DNA of 64,000 nucleotides from Eledone cirrhosa (Eukaryota), in contig OZ024745.1 in assembly GCA_964016885.1 (NCBI GenBank), positions 65,100,001 to 65,164,000 of the forward strand, read 5' to 3'. Below, one piece after another: positions 1-13,200 of the stretch. The position numbers and the translations under genes are program-made. The notes below the pieces were generated by a model. The model had not been told where the DNA came from, searched no databases, and saw nothing but the letters and a program-made list of their open reading frames with translations. The stretch's first letter is position 1, and each line of letters opens with the position of its first letter.

Positions 1-3000
1 TTTGGGTGATCCATTTTTTATTTGAGGGACCCATTTTATATTTGGGTGATCCATTTTTTATTTGGGTGATCCATTTTTTATTTGGGGGATCCATTTTTTA
101 TTTGGGGGATCCATTTTTTATTTGGGGGATCCATTTTTTATTTGGGGGATCCATTTTTTATTTCGGGGATCCATTTTTTATTTGGGTGATTCATTTTTTA
201 TTTGGGGGATCCATTTTTTATTTGGGTGATCCATTTTTTTTATTTGGGGGTCCATTTTTTATTTGGGTGATCCATTTTTTATTTGGGTGATCCATTTTTT
301 AATTGGGTGATCCATTTTTATTTGGGTGATCCATTTTTTACTTGGGGGATCCATTTTTTATTTGGGTGATCCATTTTTTATTTTGCTGATTCATTTTTTA
401 TTTGGGTGATCCATTTTTTATTTGGGGGATCCATTTTTTATTTGGGTGAACCATTTTTTATTTGGGGGGATCCATTTTTTATTTGGGTGATCCATTTTTT
501 ATTTGGGTGATCCATTTTTTATTTGGGTGGTCCATTTTTTATTTGGGTGATCCATTTTTTATTTTGGGGATCCATTTTTTATTTGGGGGATTCATTTTTT
601 ATTTGGGTGATCCATTTTTTATTAGGGGGATCCATTTTTTATTTGGGTGATCCATTTTTATTTGGAGATCCATTTTTTATTTAGGTGATCCATTTTATAA
701 TTGGGTGATCCATTTTTTATTTGGGGGATCCATTTTTTATTTGGAGGATCCATTATTTATTTGGGTGATCCATTTTTTATTTGGGTGATCCATTTTTTAT
801 TTGGGTGATCCATTTTTTATTTGGGTTGATCCCTTTTTTATTTGGGGGATCCATTTTTTATTTGGGTGATCCATTTTTTATTTTGGGGATCCATTTTTTA
901 TTTGGGTGATCCATTTTTTATTTGGGTGATCCATTTTTTATTTGGGTGATCCATTTTTTATTTGAGGGACCCATTTTATATTTGGGTGATCCATTTTTTA
1001 TTTGGGTGATCCATTTTTTATTTGGGAGATCCATTTTTTATTTGGGGGATCCATTTTTTATTTGGGGGATCCATTTTTTATTTGGGGGATCCATTTTTTT
1101 ATTTCGGGGATCCATTTTTTATTTGGGTGATTCATTTTTTATTTGGGGGATCCATTTTTTATTTGGGTGATCCATTTTTTTTATTTGGGGGTCCATTTTT
1201 TATTTGGGTGATCCATTTTTTATTTGGGTGATCCATTTTTTAATTGGGTGATCCATTTTTATTTGGGTGATCCATTTTTTACTTGGGGGATCCATTTTTT
1301 ATTTGGGTGATCCATTTTTTATTTTGCTGATTCATTTTTTATTTGGGTGATCCATTTTTTATTTGGGGGATCCATTTTTTATTTGGGTGAACCATTTTTT
1401 ATTTGGGGGATCCATTTTTTATTTGGGTGATCCATTTTTTATTTGGGTGATCCATTTTTTATTTGGGGGATCCATTTTTTATTTGGGTGATCCATTTTTT
1501 ATTTGGGTGACCCATTTTTTATTTGGGGGATCCATTTTTTATTTGGGGGATCCATTTTTTATTTGGGTGATCCATTTTTATTTGGAGATCCATTTTGTAT
1601 TTGGGTGATCCATTTTGTATTTGGGGGATCCATTTTTTAATTGGGTGATCCATTTTTTATTTGGGGGATCCATTTTTTATTTGGGAGATCCATTTTTTAT
1701 TTGGGGGATCCATTGTTTATTTGGGTGATCCATTTTTTATTTGGGTGATCCATTTTTTATTTGGGGGATCCATTTTTTATTTGGGTGATCCATTTTTTAT
1801 TTGGGTGATCCATTTTTTATTTGGGTGATCCATTTTTTATTTGTGGGATCCATTTTTTATTTGGGTGATCCATTTTTTATTTGGGGGATCCTTTTTTTAT
1901 TTGGGTGATCCATTTTTTATTTGGGTGATCCATTTTTTATTTGGGGGATCCATTTTTTATTTGGGTGATCCATTTTTTATTTGGGTGATACATTTTTTAT
2001 TTGGGGGATCCATTTTTTATTTGGGTGATCCATTTTTTATTTGGGTTGATCCCTTTTTTATTTGGGGGATCCATTTTTTATTTGGGTGATCCATTTTTTA
2101 TTTGGGTTGATCCCTTTTTTATTTGGGGGATCCATTTTTTATTTGGGTGATCCATTTTTTATTTGGGTGATCCATTTTTTATTTGAGGGATCCATTTTAT
2201 ATTTGGGTGATCCATTTTTTATTTGGGGGATCCATTATTTATTTGGGTGATCCATTTTTTATTTGGGTGATCCATTTTTTATTTGGGGTATCCATTTTTT
2301 ATTTGGGTGATCCATTTTTTATTTGGGTGATCCATTTTTTATTTGGGGGATCCATTTTTTATTTGGGGGATCCATTTTTTATTTGGGTGATCCATTTTTA
2401 TTTGGAGATCCATTTTGTATTTGGGTGATCCATTTTTAATTTGGGTGATCCATTTTTTATTTGGGGGATCCATTTTTTATTTGGGTGATCCATTTTTTAT
2501 TTGGGTGATCCATTTTTTATTTGGGGATCCATTTTTTATTTGGGTGATCCATTTTTTATTTGGGTGATCCATTTTTTATTTGGGGGATACATTTTTTATT
2601 TGGGTGCTCCATTTTTTATTTGGGGGGTCCATTTTTTATTTGGGGGATCCATTTTTATTTGGGTGATCCATTTTTTATTTGGGGGATCCATTTTTTATTT
2701 GGGTGATCCCTTTTTTATTTGGGGGATCCATTTTTTATTTGGGTGATCCATTTTTTATTTGGGGGATCCATTTTTTATTTGGGGGATTCATTTTTTATTT
2801 GGGTGATCCATTTTTTATTAGGGGGATCCATTTTTTATTTGGGTGATCCATTTTTATTTGGAGATCCATTTTTTATTTAGGTGATCCATTTTATAATTGG
2901 GTGATCCATTTTTTATTTGGGGGATCCATTTTTTATTTGGAGGATCCATTATTTATTTGGGTGATCCATTTTTTATTTGGGTGATCCATTTTTTATTTGG

Positions 3001-5200
3001 GTGATCCATTTTTTATTTGGGTTGATCCCTTTTTTATTTGGGGGATCCATTTTTTATTTGGGTGATCCATTTTTTATTTTGGGGATTCATTTTTTATTTG
3101 GGTGATCCATTTTTTATTTGGGTGATCCATTTTTTATTTGGGTGATCCATTTTTTATTTGGGTGATCCATTTTTTATTTGGGTGATCCATTTTTTATTTG
3201 AGGGACCCATTTTATATTTGGGTGATCCATTTTTTATTTGGGTGATCCATTTTTTATTTGGGGGATCCATTTTTTATTTGGGGGATCCATTTTTTATTTG
3301 GGGGATCCATTTTTTATTTGGGGGATCCATTTTTTATTTCGGGGATCCATTTTTTATTTGGGTGATTCATTTTTTATTTGGGGGATCCATTTTTTATTTG
3401 GGTGATCCATTTTTTTTATTTGGGGGTCCATTTTTTATTTGGGTGATCCATTTTTTATTTGGGTGATCCATTTTTTAATTGGGTGATCCATTTTTATTTG
3501 GGTGATCCATTTTTTACTTGGGGGATCCATTTTTTATTTGGGTGACCCATTTTTTATTTTGCTGATTCATTTTTTATTTGGGTGATCCATTTTTTATTTG
3601 GGGGATCCATTTTTTATTTGGGTGAACCATTTTTTATTTGGGGGGATCCATTTTTTATTTGGTGATCCATTTTTTATTTGGGTGATCCATTTTTTATTTG
3701 GGGGATCCATTTTTTATTTGGGTGATCCATTTTTTATTTGGGGATCCATTTTTTATTTGGGGGATTCATTTTTTATTTGGGTGATCCATTTTTTATTAGG
3801 GGGATCCATTTTTTATTTGGGTGATCCATTTTTATTTGGAGATCCATTTTTTATTTAGGTGATCCATTTTATAATTGGGTGATCCATTTTTTATTTGGGG
3901 GATCCATTTTTTATTTGGAGGATCCATTATTTATTTGGGTGATCCATTTTTTATTTGGGTGATCCATTTTTTATTTGGGTGATCCATTTTTTATTTGGGT
4001 TGATCCCTTTTTTATTTGGGGGATCCATTTTTTATTTGGGTGATCCATTTTTTATTTTGGGGATCCATTTTTTATTTGGGTGATCCATTTTTTATTTGGG
4101 TGATCCATTTTTTATTTGGGGGATCCATTTTTTATTTGGGTGATCCATTTTTTATTTGGGTGATCCATTTTTTATTTGAGGGACCCATTTTATATTTGGG
4201 TGATCCATTTTTTATTTGGGTGATCCATTTTTTATTTGGGAGATCCATTTTTTATTTGGGGGATCCATTTTTTATTTGGGGGATCCATTTTTTATTTGGG
4301 GGATCCATTTTTTATTTCGGGGATCCATTTTTTATTTGGGTGATTCATTTTTTATTTGGGGGATCCATTTTTTATTTGGGTGATCCATTTTTTTTATTTG
4401 GGGGTCCATTTTTTATTTGGGTGATCCATTTTTTATTTGGGTGATCCATTTTTTAATTGGGTGATCCATTTTTATTTGGGTGATCCATTTTTTACTTGGG
4501 GGATCCATTTTTTATTTGGGTGATCCATTTTTTATTTTGCTGATTCATTTTTTATTTGGGTGATCCATTTTTTATTTGGGGGATCCATTTTTTATTTGGG
4601 TGAACCATTTTTTATTTGGGGGATCCATTTTTTATTTGGGTGATCCATTTTTTATTTGGGTGATCCATTTTTTATTTGGGGGATCCATTTTTTATTTGGG
4701 TGATCCATTTTTTATTTGGGTGATCCATTTTTTATTTGGGGGATCCATTTTTTATTTGGGGGATCCATTTTTTATTTGGGTGATCCATTTTTATTTGGAG
4801 ATCCATTTTGTATTTGGGTGATCCATTTTGTATTTGGGGGATCCATTTTTTAATTGGGTGATCCATTTTTTATTTGGGGGATCCATTTTTTATTTGGGAG
4901 ATCCATTTTTTATTTGGGGGATCCATTGTTTATTTGGGTGATCCATTTTTTATTTGGGTGATCCATTTTTTATTTGGGGGATCCATTTTTTATTTGGGTG
5001 ATCCATTTTTTATTTGGGTGATCCATTTTTTATTTGGGTGATCCATTTTTTATTTGTGGGATCCATTTTTTATTTGGGTGATCCATTTTTTATTTGGGGG
5101 ATCCTTTTTTTATTTGGGTGATCCATTTTTTATTTGGGTGATCCATTTTTTATTTGGGGGATCCATTTTTTATTTGGGTGATCCATTTTTTATTTGGGTG
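1..5200. repeat. About 3.2-kb higher-order period containing an internal unit of about 0.94-0.98 kb
   Basis: ORF-end offsets 290/3466 (3176) and 1231/4444 (3213), with internal offsets 290/1231 (941) and 3466/4444 (978). ttttgctgattc at 381, 1322, 3557 and 4535. The same arrangement recurs in the copies at 12.5-17.5 kb and 35-40 kb. Confidence 0.8.
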
Positions 5201-6699
5201 ATCCATTTTTTATTTGGGTGATCCATTTTTTATTTGGGGGATCCATTTTTTATTTGGGTGATCCATTTTTTATTTGGGGGATCCTTTTTTTATTTGGGTG
5301 ATCCATTTTTTATTTGGGTGATCCATTTTTTATTTGGGGGATCCATTTTTTATTTGGGGGATCCATTTTTTATTTGGGTGATCCATTTTTTATTTGGGTG
5401 ATCCATTTTTTAATTGGGTGATCAATTTTTTATTTGGGGGATCCATTTTTTATTTGGGTGATCCATTTTTTAGTTGGGTGGTCCATTTTTTATTTGGGTG
5501 ATCCATTCTTTATTTGGGGGATCCATTTTTTATTTGGGTGATCCATTTTTTATTTGGGGATCCATTTTTTATTTGGGTGATCCATTTTTTATTTGGGTGA
5601 TCCATTTTTTATTTGGGGGATCCATTTTTTATTTGGGTGATTCATTTTTTATTTGGGGGGTCCATTTTTTATTTGGGGGATCCATTTTTATTTGGGTGAT
5701 CCATTTTTTATTTGGGGGATCCATTTTTTATTTGGGTGATCCATTTTTTATTTGGGTTGATCCCTTTTTTATTTGGGGGATCCATTTTTTATTTGGGTGA
5801 TCCATTTTTTATTTGGAGGATCCACTTTTTATTTGGGTGATCCATTTTTTATTTGAGGGATCCATTTTATATTTGTATGATCCATTTTTTATTTGGGGGA
5901 TCCATTATTTATTTGGGTGATCCATTTTTTATTTGGGTGATCCATTTTTTATTTGGGTGATCCATTTTTTATTTGGGTGATCCATTTTTTATTTGGGGGA
6001 TCCATTTTTTATTTGGGTGATCCATTTTTTATTTGGGTGATCCATTTTTTATTTGGGGGATCCATTTTTTATTTGGGTGATCCATTTTTTATTTGGGGGA
6101 TCCATTTTTTATTTGGGGGATCCATTTTTTATTTGGGTGATCCATTTTTTATATGGGTGATCCATTTTTTATTTGGGGGATCCATTTTTTATTTGGGTGA
6201 TCCATTTTTTATTTGGGGGATCCATTTTTTATTTGGGTGATCCATTTTTTATTTGGGTGATCAATTTTTTAATTGGGTGATCCATTTTTTATTTGGGGGA
6301 TCCATTTTTTATTTGGGTGATCCATTTTTTAGTTGGGTGGTCCATTTTTTATTTGGGTGATCCATTTTTTATTTGGGGGATCCATTTTTTATTTGGGTGA
6401 TCCATTTTTTATTTGGGGATCCATTTTTTATTTGGGTGATCCATTTTTTATTTTGCTGATTCATTTTTTATTTGGGTGATCCATTTTTTATTTGGGGGAT
6501 CCATTTTTTATTTGGGTGAACCATTTTTTATTTGGGGGATCCATTTTTTATTTGGGTGATCCATTTTTTATTTGGGTGATCCATTTTTTATTTGGGTGAT
6601 CCATTTTTTATTTGGGTGATCCATTTTTTATTTGGGGGATCCATTTTTTATTTGGGTGATCAATTTTTTATTTGGGGGATCCATTTTTTATTTGGGTGA

Positions 6700-9600
6700 T
6701 CCATTTTTTATTTGGGGGATCCATTTTTTATTTCGGGGATCCATTTTTTATTTGGGTGATTCATTTTTTATTTGGGGGATCCATTTTTTATTTTGGGTGA
6801 TCCATTTTTTATTAGGGGGATCCATTTTTTATTTGGGTGATCCATTTTTATTTGTAGATCCATTTTTTATTTGGGTGATCCATTTTTTAATTGGGCATCC
6901 ATTTTTTATTTAGTTGATCCATTTTTTAATTGGGTGATGCATTTTTTATTTGGGGGATCCATTTTTTATTTGGGGGATCCATTTTTTATTTGGGGGATCC
7001 ATTGTTTATTTGGGTGATCCATTTTTTATTTGGGTGATCCATTTTTTATTTGGGGGATCCATTTTGTATTTGGGTGATCCATTTTTTATTTGGGTGATCC
7101 ATTTTTTATTTGGGTGATCCATTTTTTATTTGTGGGATCCATTTTTTATTTGGGTGATCCATTTTTTATTTGGGGGATCCTTTTTTTATTTGGGTGATCC
7201 ATTTTTTATTTGGGTGATGCATTTTTTATTTGGGGGATCCATTTTTTATTTGGGTGATCCATTTTTTATTTGGGTGATCCATTTTTTATTTGGGGGATCC
7301 ATTTTTTATTTGGGTGATCCATTTTTTATTTGGGGGATCCATTTTTTATTTGGGGGATCCATTTTTTATTTGGGTGATCCATTTTTTATATGGGTGATCC
7401 ATTTTTTATTTGGGGGGATCCATTTTTAATTTGGGTGATCCATTTTTTATTTGGGGGATCCATTTTTTATTTGGATGATCCATTTTTTATTTGGGGGATC
7501 CATTTTTTATTTGGGTGATCCATTTTTTATTTGGGTGATCCATTTTTTAATTGGGTGATCCATTTTTTATTTGGGGGATCCATTTTTTATTTGGGTGATC
7601 CATTTTTTAGTTGGGTGGTCCATTTTTTATTTGGGTGATCCATTTTTTATTTGGGGGATCCATTTTTTATTTGGGTGATCCATTTTTTATTTGGGGATCC
7701 ATTTTTTATTTGGGTGATCCATTTTTTATTTGGGTGATCCATTTTTTATTTGCGGGATCCATTTTTTATTTGGGTGATTCATTTTTTAATTGGGGGGTCC
7801 ATTTTTTATTTGGGGGATCCATTTTTATTTGGGTGATCCATTTTTTATTTGGGGGATCCATTTTTTATTTGGGTGATCCATTTTTTATTTGGGTTGATCC
7901 CTTTTTTATTTGGGGGATCCATTTTTTATTTGGGTGATCCATTTTTTATTTGGGGGATCCATTTTTTATTTGGGTGATCCATTTTTTATTTTAGGGATCC
8001 ATTTTATATTTGGGTGATCCATTTTTTATTTGGGGGATCCATTTTTTATTTGGGTGATCCATTTTTTATTTGGGTGATCCATTTTTTATTTGGGGATCCA
8101 TTTTTTATTTGGGTGATCCATTTTTTATTTGGGTGATCCATTTTTTATTTGGGGGATCCATTTTTTATTTGGGTGATCCATTTTTTATTTGGGGATCCAT
8201 TTTTTATTTGGGTGATCCATTTTTTATTTGGGTGATCCATTTTTTATTTGGGGGATCCATTTTTTATTTGGGTGATCCATTTTTTATTTGGGGGTCCATT
8301 TTTTATTTGGGGGATCCATTTTTATTTGGGTGATCCATTTTTTATTTGGGGGATCCATTTTTTATTTGGGTGATCCATTTTTTATTTGGGGGATCCATTT
8401 TTTATTTCGGGGATCCATTTTTTATTTGGGTGATTCATTTTTTATTTGGGGGATCCATTTTTTATTTTGGGTGATCCATTTTTTATTAGGGGGATCCATT
8501 TTTTATTTGGGTGATCCATTTTTATTTGTAGATCCATTTTTTATTTGGGTGATCCATTTTTTAATTGGATGATCCATTTTTTATTTGGGGGATCCATTTT
8601 TTATTTGGGGGATCCATTATTTATTTGGGTGATCCATTTTTTATTTGGGTGATCCATTTTTTATTCGGGGGATCCATTTTTTATTTGGGTGATCCATTTT
8701 TTATTTGGGTGATCCATTTTTTAATTGGGGATCCATTTTTTATTTAGTTGATCCATTTTTTAATTGGGTGATGCATTTTTTATTTGGGGGATCCATTTTT
8801 TATTTGGGGGATCCATTTTTTATTTTGGGGATCCATTGTTTATTTGGGTGATCCATTTTTTATTTGGGTGATCCATTTTTTATTTGGGGGATCCATTTTG
8901 TATTTGGGTGATCCATTTTTTATTTGGGTGATCCATTTTTTATTTGGGTGATCCATTTTTTATTTGTGGGATCCATTTTTTATTTGGGTGATCCATTTTT
9001 TATTTGGGGGATCCTTTTTTTATTTGGGTGATCCATTTTTTATTTGGGTGATGCATTTTTTATTTGGGGGGTCCATTTTTTATTTGGGTGATCCATTTTT
9101 TATTTGGGTGATCCATTTTTTATTTGGGGGATCCATTTTTTATTTGGGTGATCCATTTTTTATTTGGGGGATCCATTTTTTATTTGGGGGGTCCATTTTT
9201 TATTTGGGTGATCCATTTTTTATATGGGTGATCCATTTTTTATTTGGGGGGATCCATTTTTAATTTGGGTGATCCATTTTTTATTTGGGGGATCCATTTT
9301 TTATTTGGGTGATCCATTTTTTATTTGGGGGATCCATTTTTTATTTGGGTGATCCATTTTTTATTTGGGTGATCCATTTTTTAATTGGGTGATCCATTTT
9401 TTATTTGGGGGATCCATTTTTTATTTGGGTGATCCATTTTTTAGTTGGGTGGTCCATTTTTTATTTGGGTGATCCATTTTTTATTTGGGGGATCCATTTT
9501 TTATTTGGGTGATCCATTTTTTATTTGGGGATCCATTTTTTATTTGGGTGATCCATTTTTTATTTGGGTGATCCATTTTTTTATTTGGGGGATCCATTTT

Positions 9601-10230
9601 TTATTTGGGTGATTCATTTTTTAATTGGGGGGTCCATTTTTTATTTGGGGGATCCATTTTTATTTGGGTGATCCATTTTTTATTTGGGGGATCCATTTTT
9701 TATTTGTGTGATCCATTTTTTATTTGGGTTGATCCCTTTTTTATTTGGGGGATCCATTTTTTATTTGGGTGATCCATTTTTTATTTGGGGGATCCATTTT
9801 TTATTTGGGTGATCCATTTTTTATTTGAGGGATCCATTTTATATTTGGGTGATCCATTTTTTATTTGGGGGATCCATTATTTATTTGGGTGATCCATTTT
9901 TTATTTGGGTGATCCATTTTTTATTTGGGTGATCCATTTTTTATTTGGGTGATCCATTTTTTATTTGGGGATCCATTTTTTATTTGGGTGATCCATTTTT
10001 TATTTGGGTGATCCATTTTTTATTTGGGGGATCCATTTTTTATTTGGGTGATCCATTTTTTATTTGGGGATCCATTTTTTATTTGGGTGATCCATTTTTT
10101 ATTTGGGTGATCCATTTTTTATTTGGGGGATCCATTTTTTATTTGGGTGATCCATTTTTTATTTGGGGGTCCAATTTTTATTTGGGGGATCCATTTTTAT
10201 TTGGGTGATCCATTTTTTATTTGGGGGATC
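6700..10230. repeat. More diverged tandem duplication of about 1.8 kb
   Basis: Offsets of 1834 (7130/8964 and ORF ends 6913/8747) and 1875 (8070/9945). Shared gtgatgc and tagttgatcc variants, with several private substitutions in each copy. Confidence 0.75.
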
Positions 10231-13200
10231 CATTTTTTATTTGAGTGATCCATTTTTTATTTGGGTTGATCCCTTTTTTATTTGGGGGATCCATTTTTTA
10301 TTTGGGTGATCCATTTTTTATTTGGGGGATCCATTTTTTATTTGGGGGATCCATTTTTTATTTGGTTGATCCATTTTTTATTAGGGGGATCCATATTTTA
10401 TTTGGGTGATCCATTTTAATTTGGAGATCCATTTTTTGTTTAGGTGATCCATTTTATAATTGGGTGATCCATTTTTTATTTGGGGGATCCATTTTTTATT
10501 TGGGGGATCCATTATTTATTTGGGTGATCCATTTTTTATTTGGGTGATCCATTTTTTATTTGGGTGATCCATTTTTTATTTGGGTGATCCATTTTTTATT
10601 TGGGTGATCCATTTTTTATTTGGGGGATCCATTTTTTATTTGGGTGATCCATTTTTTATTTGGGTGATCCATTTTTTATTTGAGGGATCCATTTTATATT
10701 TGGGTGATCCATTTTTTATATGGGTGATCCATTTTTTATTTGGGGGATCCATTTTTTATTTGGGGGATCCATTTTTTATTTGGGGGATCCATTTTTTATT
10801 TGGGGGATCCATTTTTTATTTCGGGGATCCATTTTTTATTTGGGTGATTCATTTTTTATTTGGGGGATCCATTTTTTATTTGGGTAATCCATTTTTTTAT
10901 TTGGGGGTCCATTTTTTATTTGGGTGATCCATTTTTTATTTGGATGATCCATTTTTTAATTGGGTGATCCATTTTTATTTGGGTGATCCATTTTTTACTT
11001 GGGGGATCCATTTTTTATTTGGGTGATCCATTTTTTATTTTGCTGATTCATTTTTTATTTGGGTGATCCATTTTTTATTTGGGGGATCCATTTTTTATTT
11101 GGGTGAACCATTTTTTATTTGGGAGATCCATTTTTTATTTAGGTGATCCATTTTTTATTTGGGTGATCCATTTTTTATTTGGGGGATCCATTTTTTATTT
11201 GGGTGATCCATTTTTTATTTGGGTGATCCATTTTTTATTTGGGGGATCCATTTTTTATTTGGGGGATCCATTTTTTATTTGGGTGATCCATTTTTATTTG
11301 GAGATCCATTTTGTATTTGGGTGATCCATTTTTTAATTGGGTGATCCATTTTTTATTTGGGTGATCCATTTTTTATTTGGGTGGTCCATTTTTTATTTGG
11401 GTGATCCATTTTTTATTTGGGGGATCCATTTTTTATTTGGGTGATCCATTTTTTATTTGGGGATCCATTTTTTATTTGGGTGATCCATTTTTTATTTGGG
11501 TGATCCATTTTTTATTTGGGGGATCCATTATTTATTTGGGTGATCCATTTTTTATTTGGGTGATCCATTTTTTATTTGGGGGATCCATTTTTTATTTGGG
11601 TGATCTATTTTTTATTTGGGTGATCCATTTTTTATTTGGGGGATCCATTTTTTATTTGGGGGATCCATTTTTTATTTGGGTGATCCATTTTTATTTGGAG
11701 ATCCATTTTGTATTTGGGTGATCCATTTTTAATTTGGGTGATCCATTTTTTATTTGGGGGATCCATTTTTTATTTGGGTGATCCATTTTTTATTTGGGTG
11801 ATCCATTTTATATTTGGGGATCCATTTTTTATTTGGGTGATCCATTTTTTATTTGGGTGATCCATTTTTTATTTGGGGGATACATTTTTTATTTGGGTGC
11901 TCCATTTTTTATTTGGGGGGTCCATTTTTTATTTGGGGGATCCATTTTTATTTGGGTGATCCATTTTTTATTTGGGGGATCCATTTTTTATTTGGGTGAT
12001 CCCTTTTTTATTTGGGGGATCCATTTTTTATTTGGGTGATCCATTTTTCATTTGGGGGATCCATTTTTTATTTGGGGGATTCATTTTTTATTTGGGTGAT
12101 CCATTATTTATTAGGGGGATCCATTTTTTATTTGGGTGATCCATTTTTATTTGGAGATCCATTTTTTATTTAGGTGATCCATTTTATAATTGGGTGATCC
12201 ATTTTTTATTTGGGGGATCCATTTTTTATTTGGAGGATCCATTATTTATTTGGGTGATCCATTTTTTATTTGGGTGATCCATTTTTTATTTGGGTGATCC
12301 ATTTTTTATTTGGGTTGATCCCTTTTTTATTTGGGGGATCCATTTTTTATTTGGGTGATCCATTTTTTATTTTGGGGATTCATTTTTTATTTGGGTGATC
12401 CATTTTTTATTTGGGTGATCCATTTTTTATTTGGGTGATCCATTTTTTATTTGGGTGATCCATTTTTTATTTGGGTGATCCATTTTTTATTTGAGGGACC
12501 CATTTTATATTTGGGTGATCCATTTTTTATTTGGGTGATCCATTTTTTATTTGGGGGATCCATTTTTTATTTGGGGGATCCATTTTTTATTTGGGGGATC
12601 CATTTTTTATTTGGGGGATCCATTTTTTATTTCGGGGATCCATTTTTTATTTGGGTGATTCATTTTTTATTTGGGGGATCCATTTTTTATTTGGGTGATC
12701 CATTTTTTTTATTTGGGGGTCCATTTTTTATTTGGGTGATCCATTTTTTATTTGGGTGATCCATTTTTTAATTGGGTGATCCATTTTTATTTGGGTGATC
12801 CATTTTTTACTTGGGGGATCCATTTTTTATTTGGGTGATCCATTTTTTATTTTGCTGATTCATTTTTTATTTGGGTGATCCATTTTTTATTTGGGGGATC
12901 CATTTTTTATTTGGGTGAACCATTTTTTATTTGGGGGGATCCATTTTTTATTTGGGTGATCCATTTTTTATTTGGGTGATCCATTTTTTATTTGGGGGAT
13001 CCATTTTTTATTTGGGTGATCCATTTTTTATTTTGGGGATCCATTTTTTATTTGGGGGATTCATTTTTTATTTGGGTGATCCATTTTTTATTAGGGGGAT
13101 CCATTTTTTATTTGGGTGATCCATTTTTATTTGGAGATCCATTTTTTATTTAGGTGATCCATTTTATAATTGGGTGATCCATTTTTTATTTGGGGGATCC

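Noticed and set aside
81-170. G-quadruplex from four consecutive G5 monomers (recurs in many modules)
   Set aside because: The G-runs are separated by 15-17 nt loops, far beyond the canonical 1-7 nt, so stable intramolecular G4 formation is not supported from sequence alone.
221-321. Compensating indels (+2, -1, -1) that restore the 20-bp register, suggesting selection on phase
   Set aside because: This is one ancestral module copied many times, not independent events. Other modules shift the register without compensation (T5+GGAGATCC is -2, GGGTTGATCCCT is +1), and unit lengths such as 3790, 1076 and 12469 are not multiples of 20.
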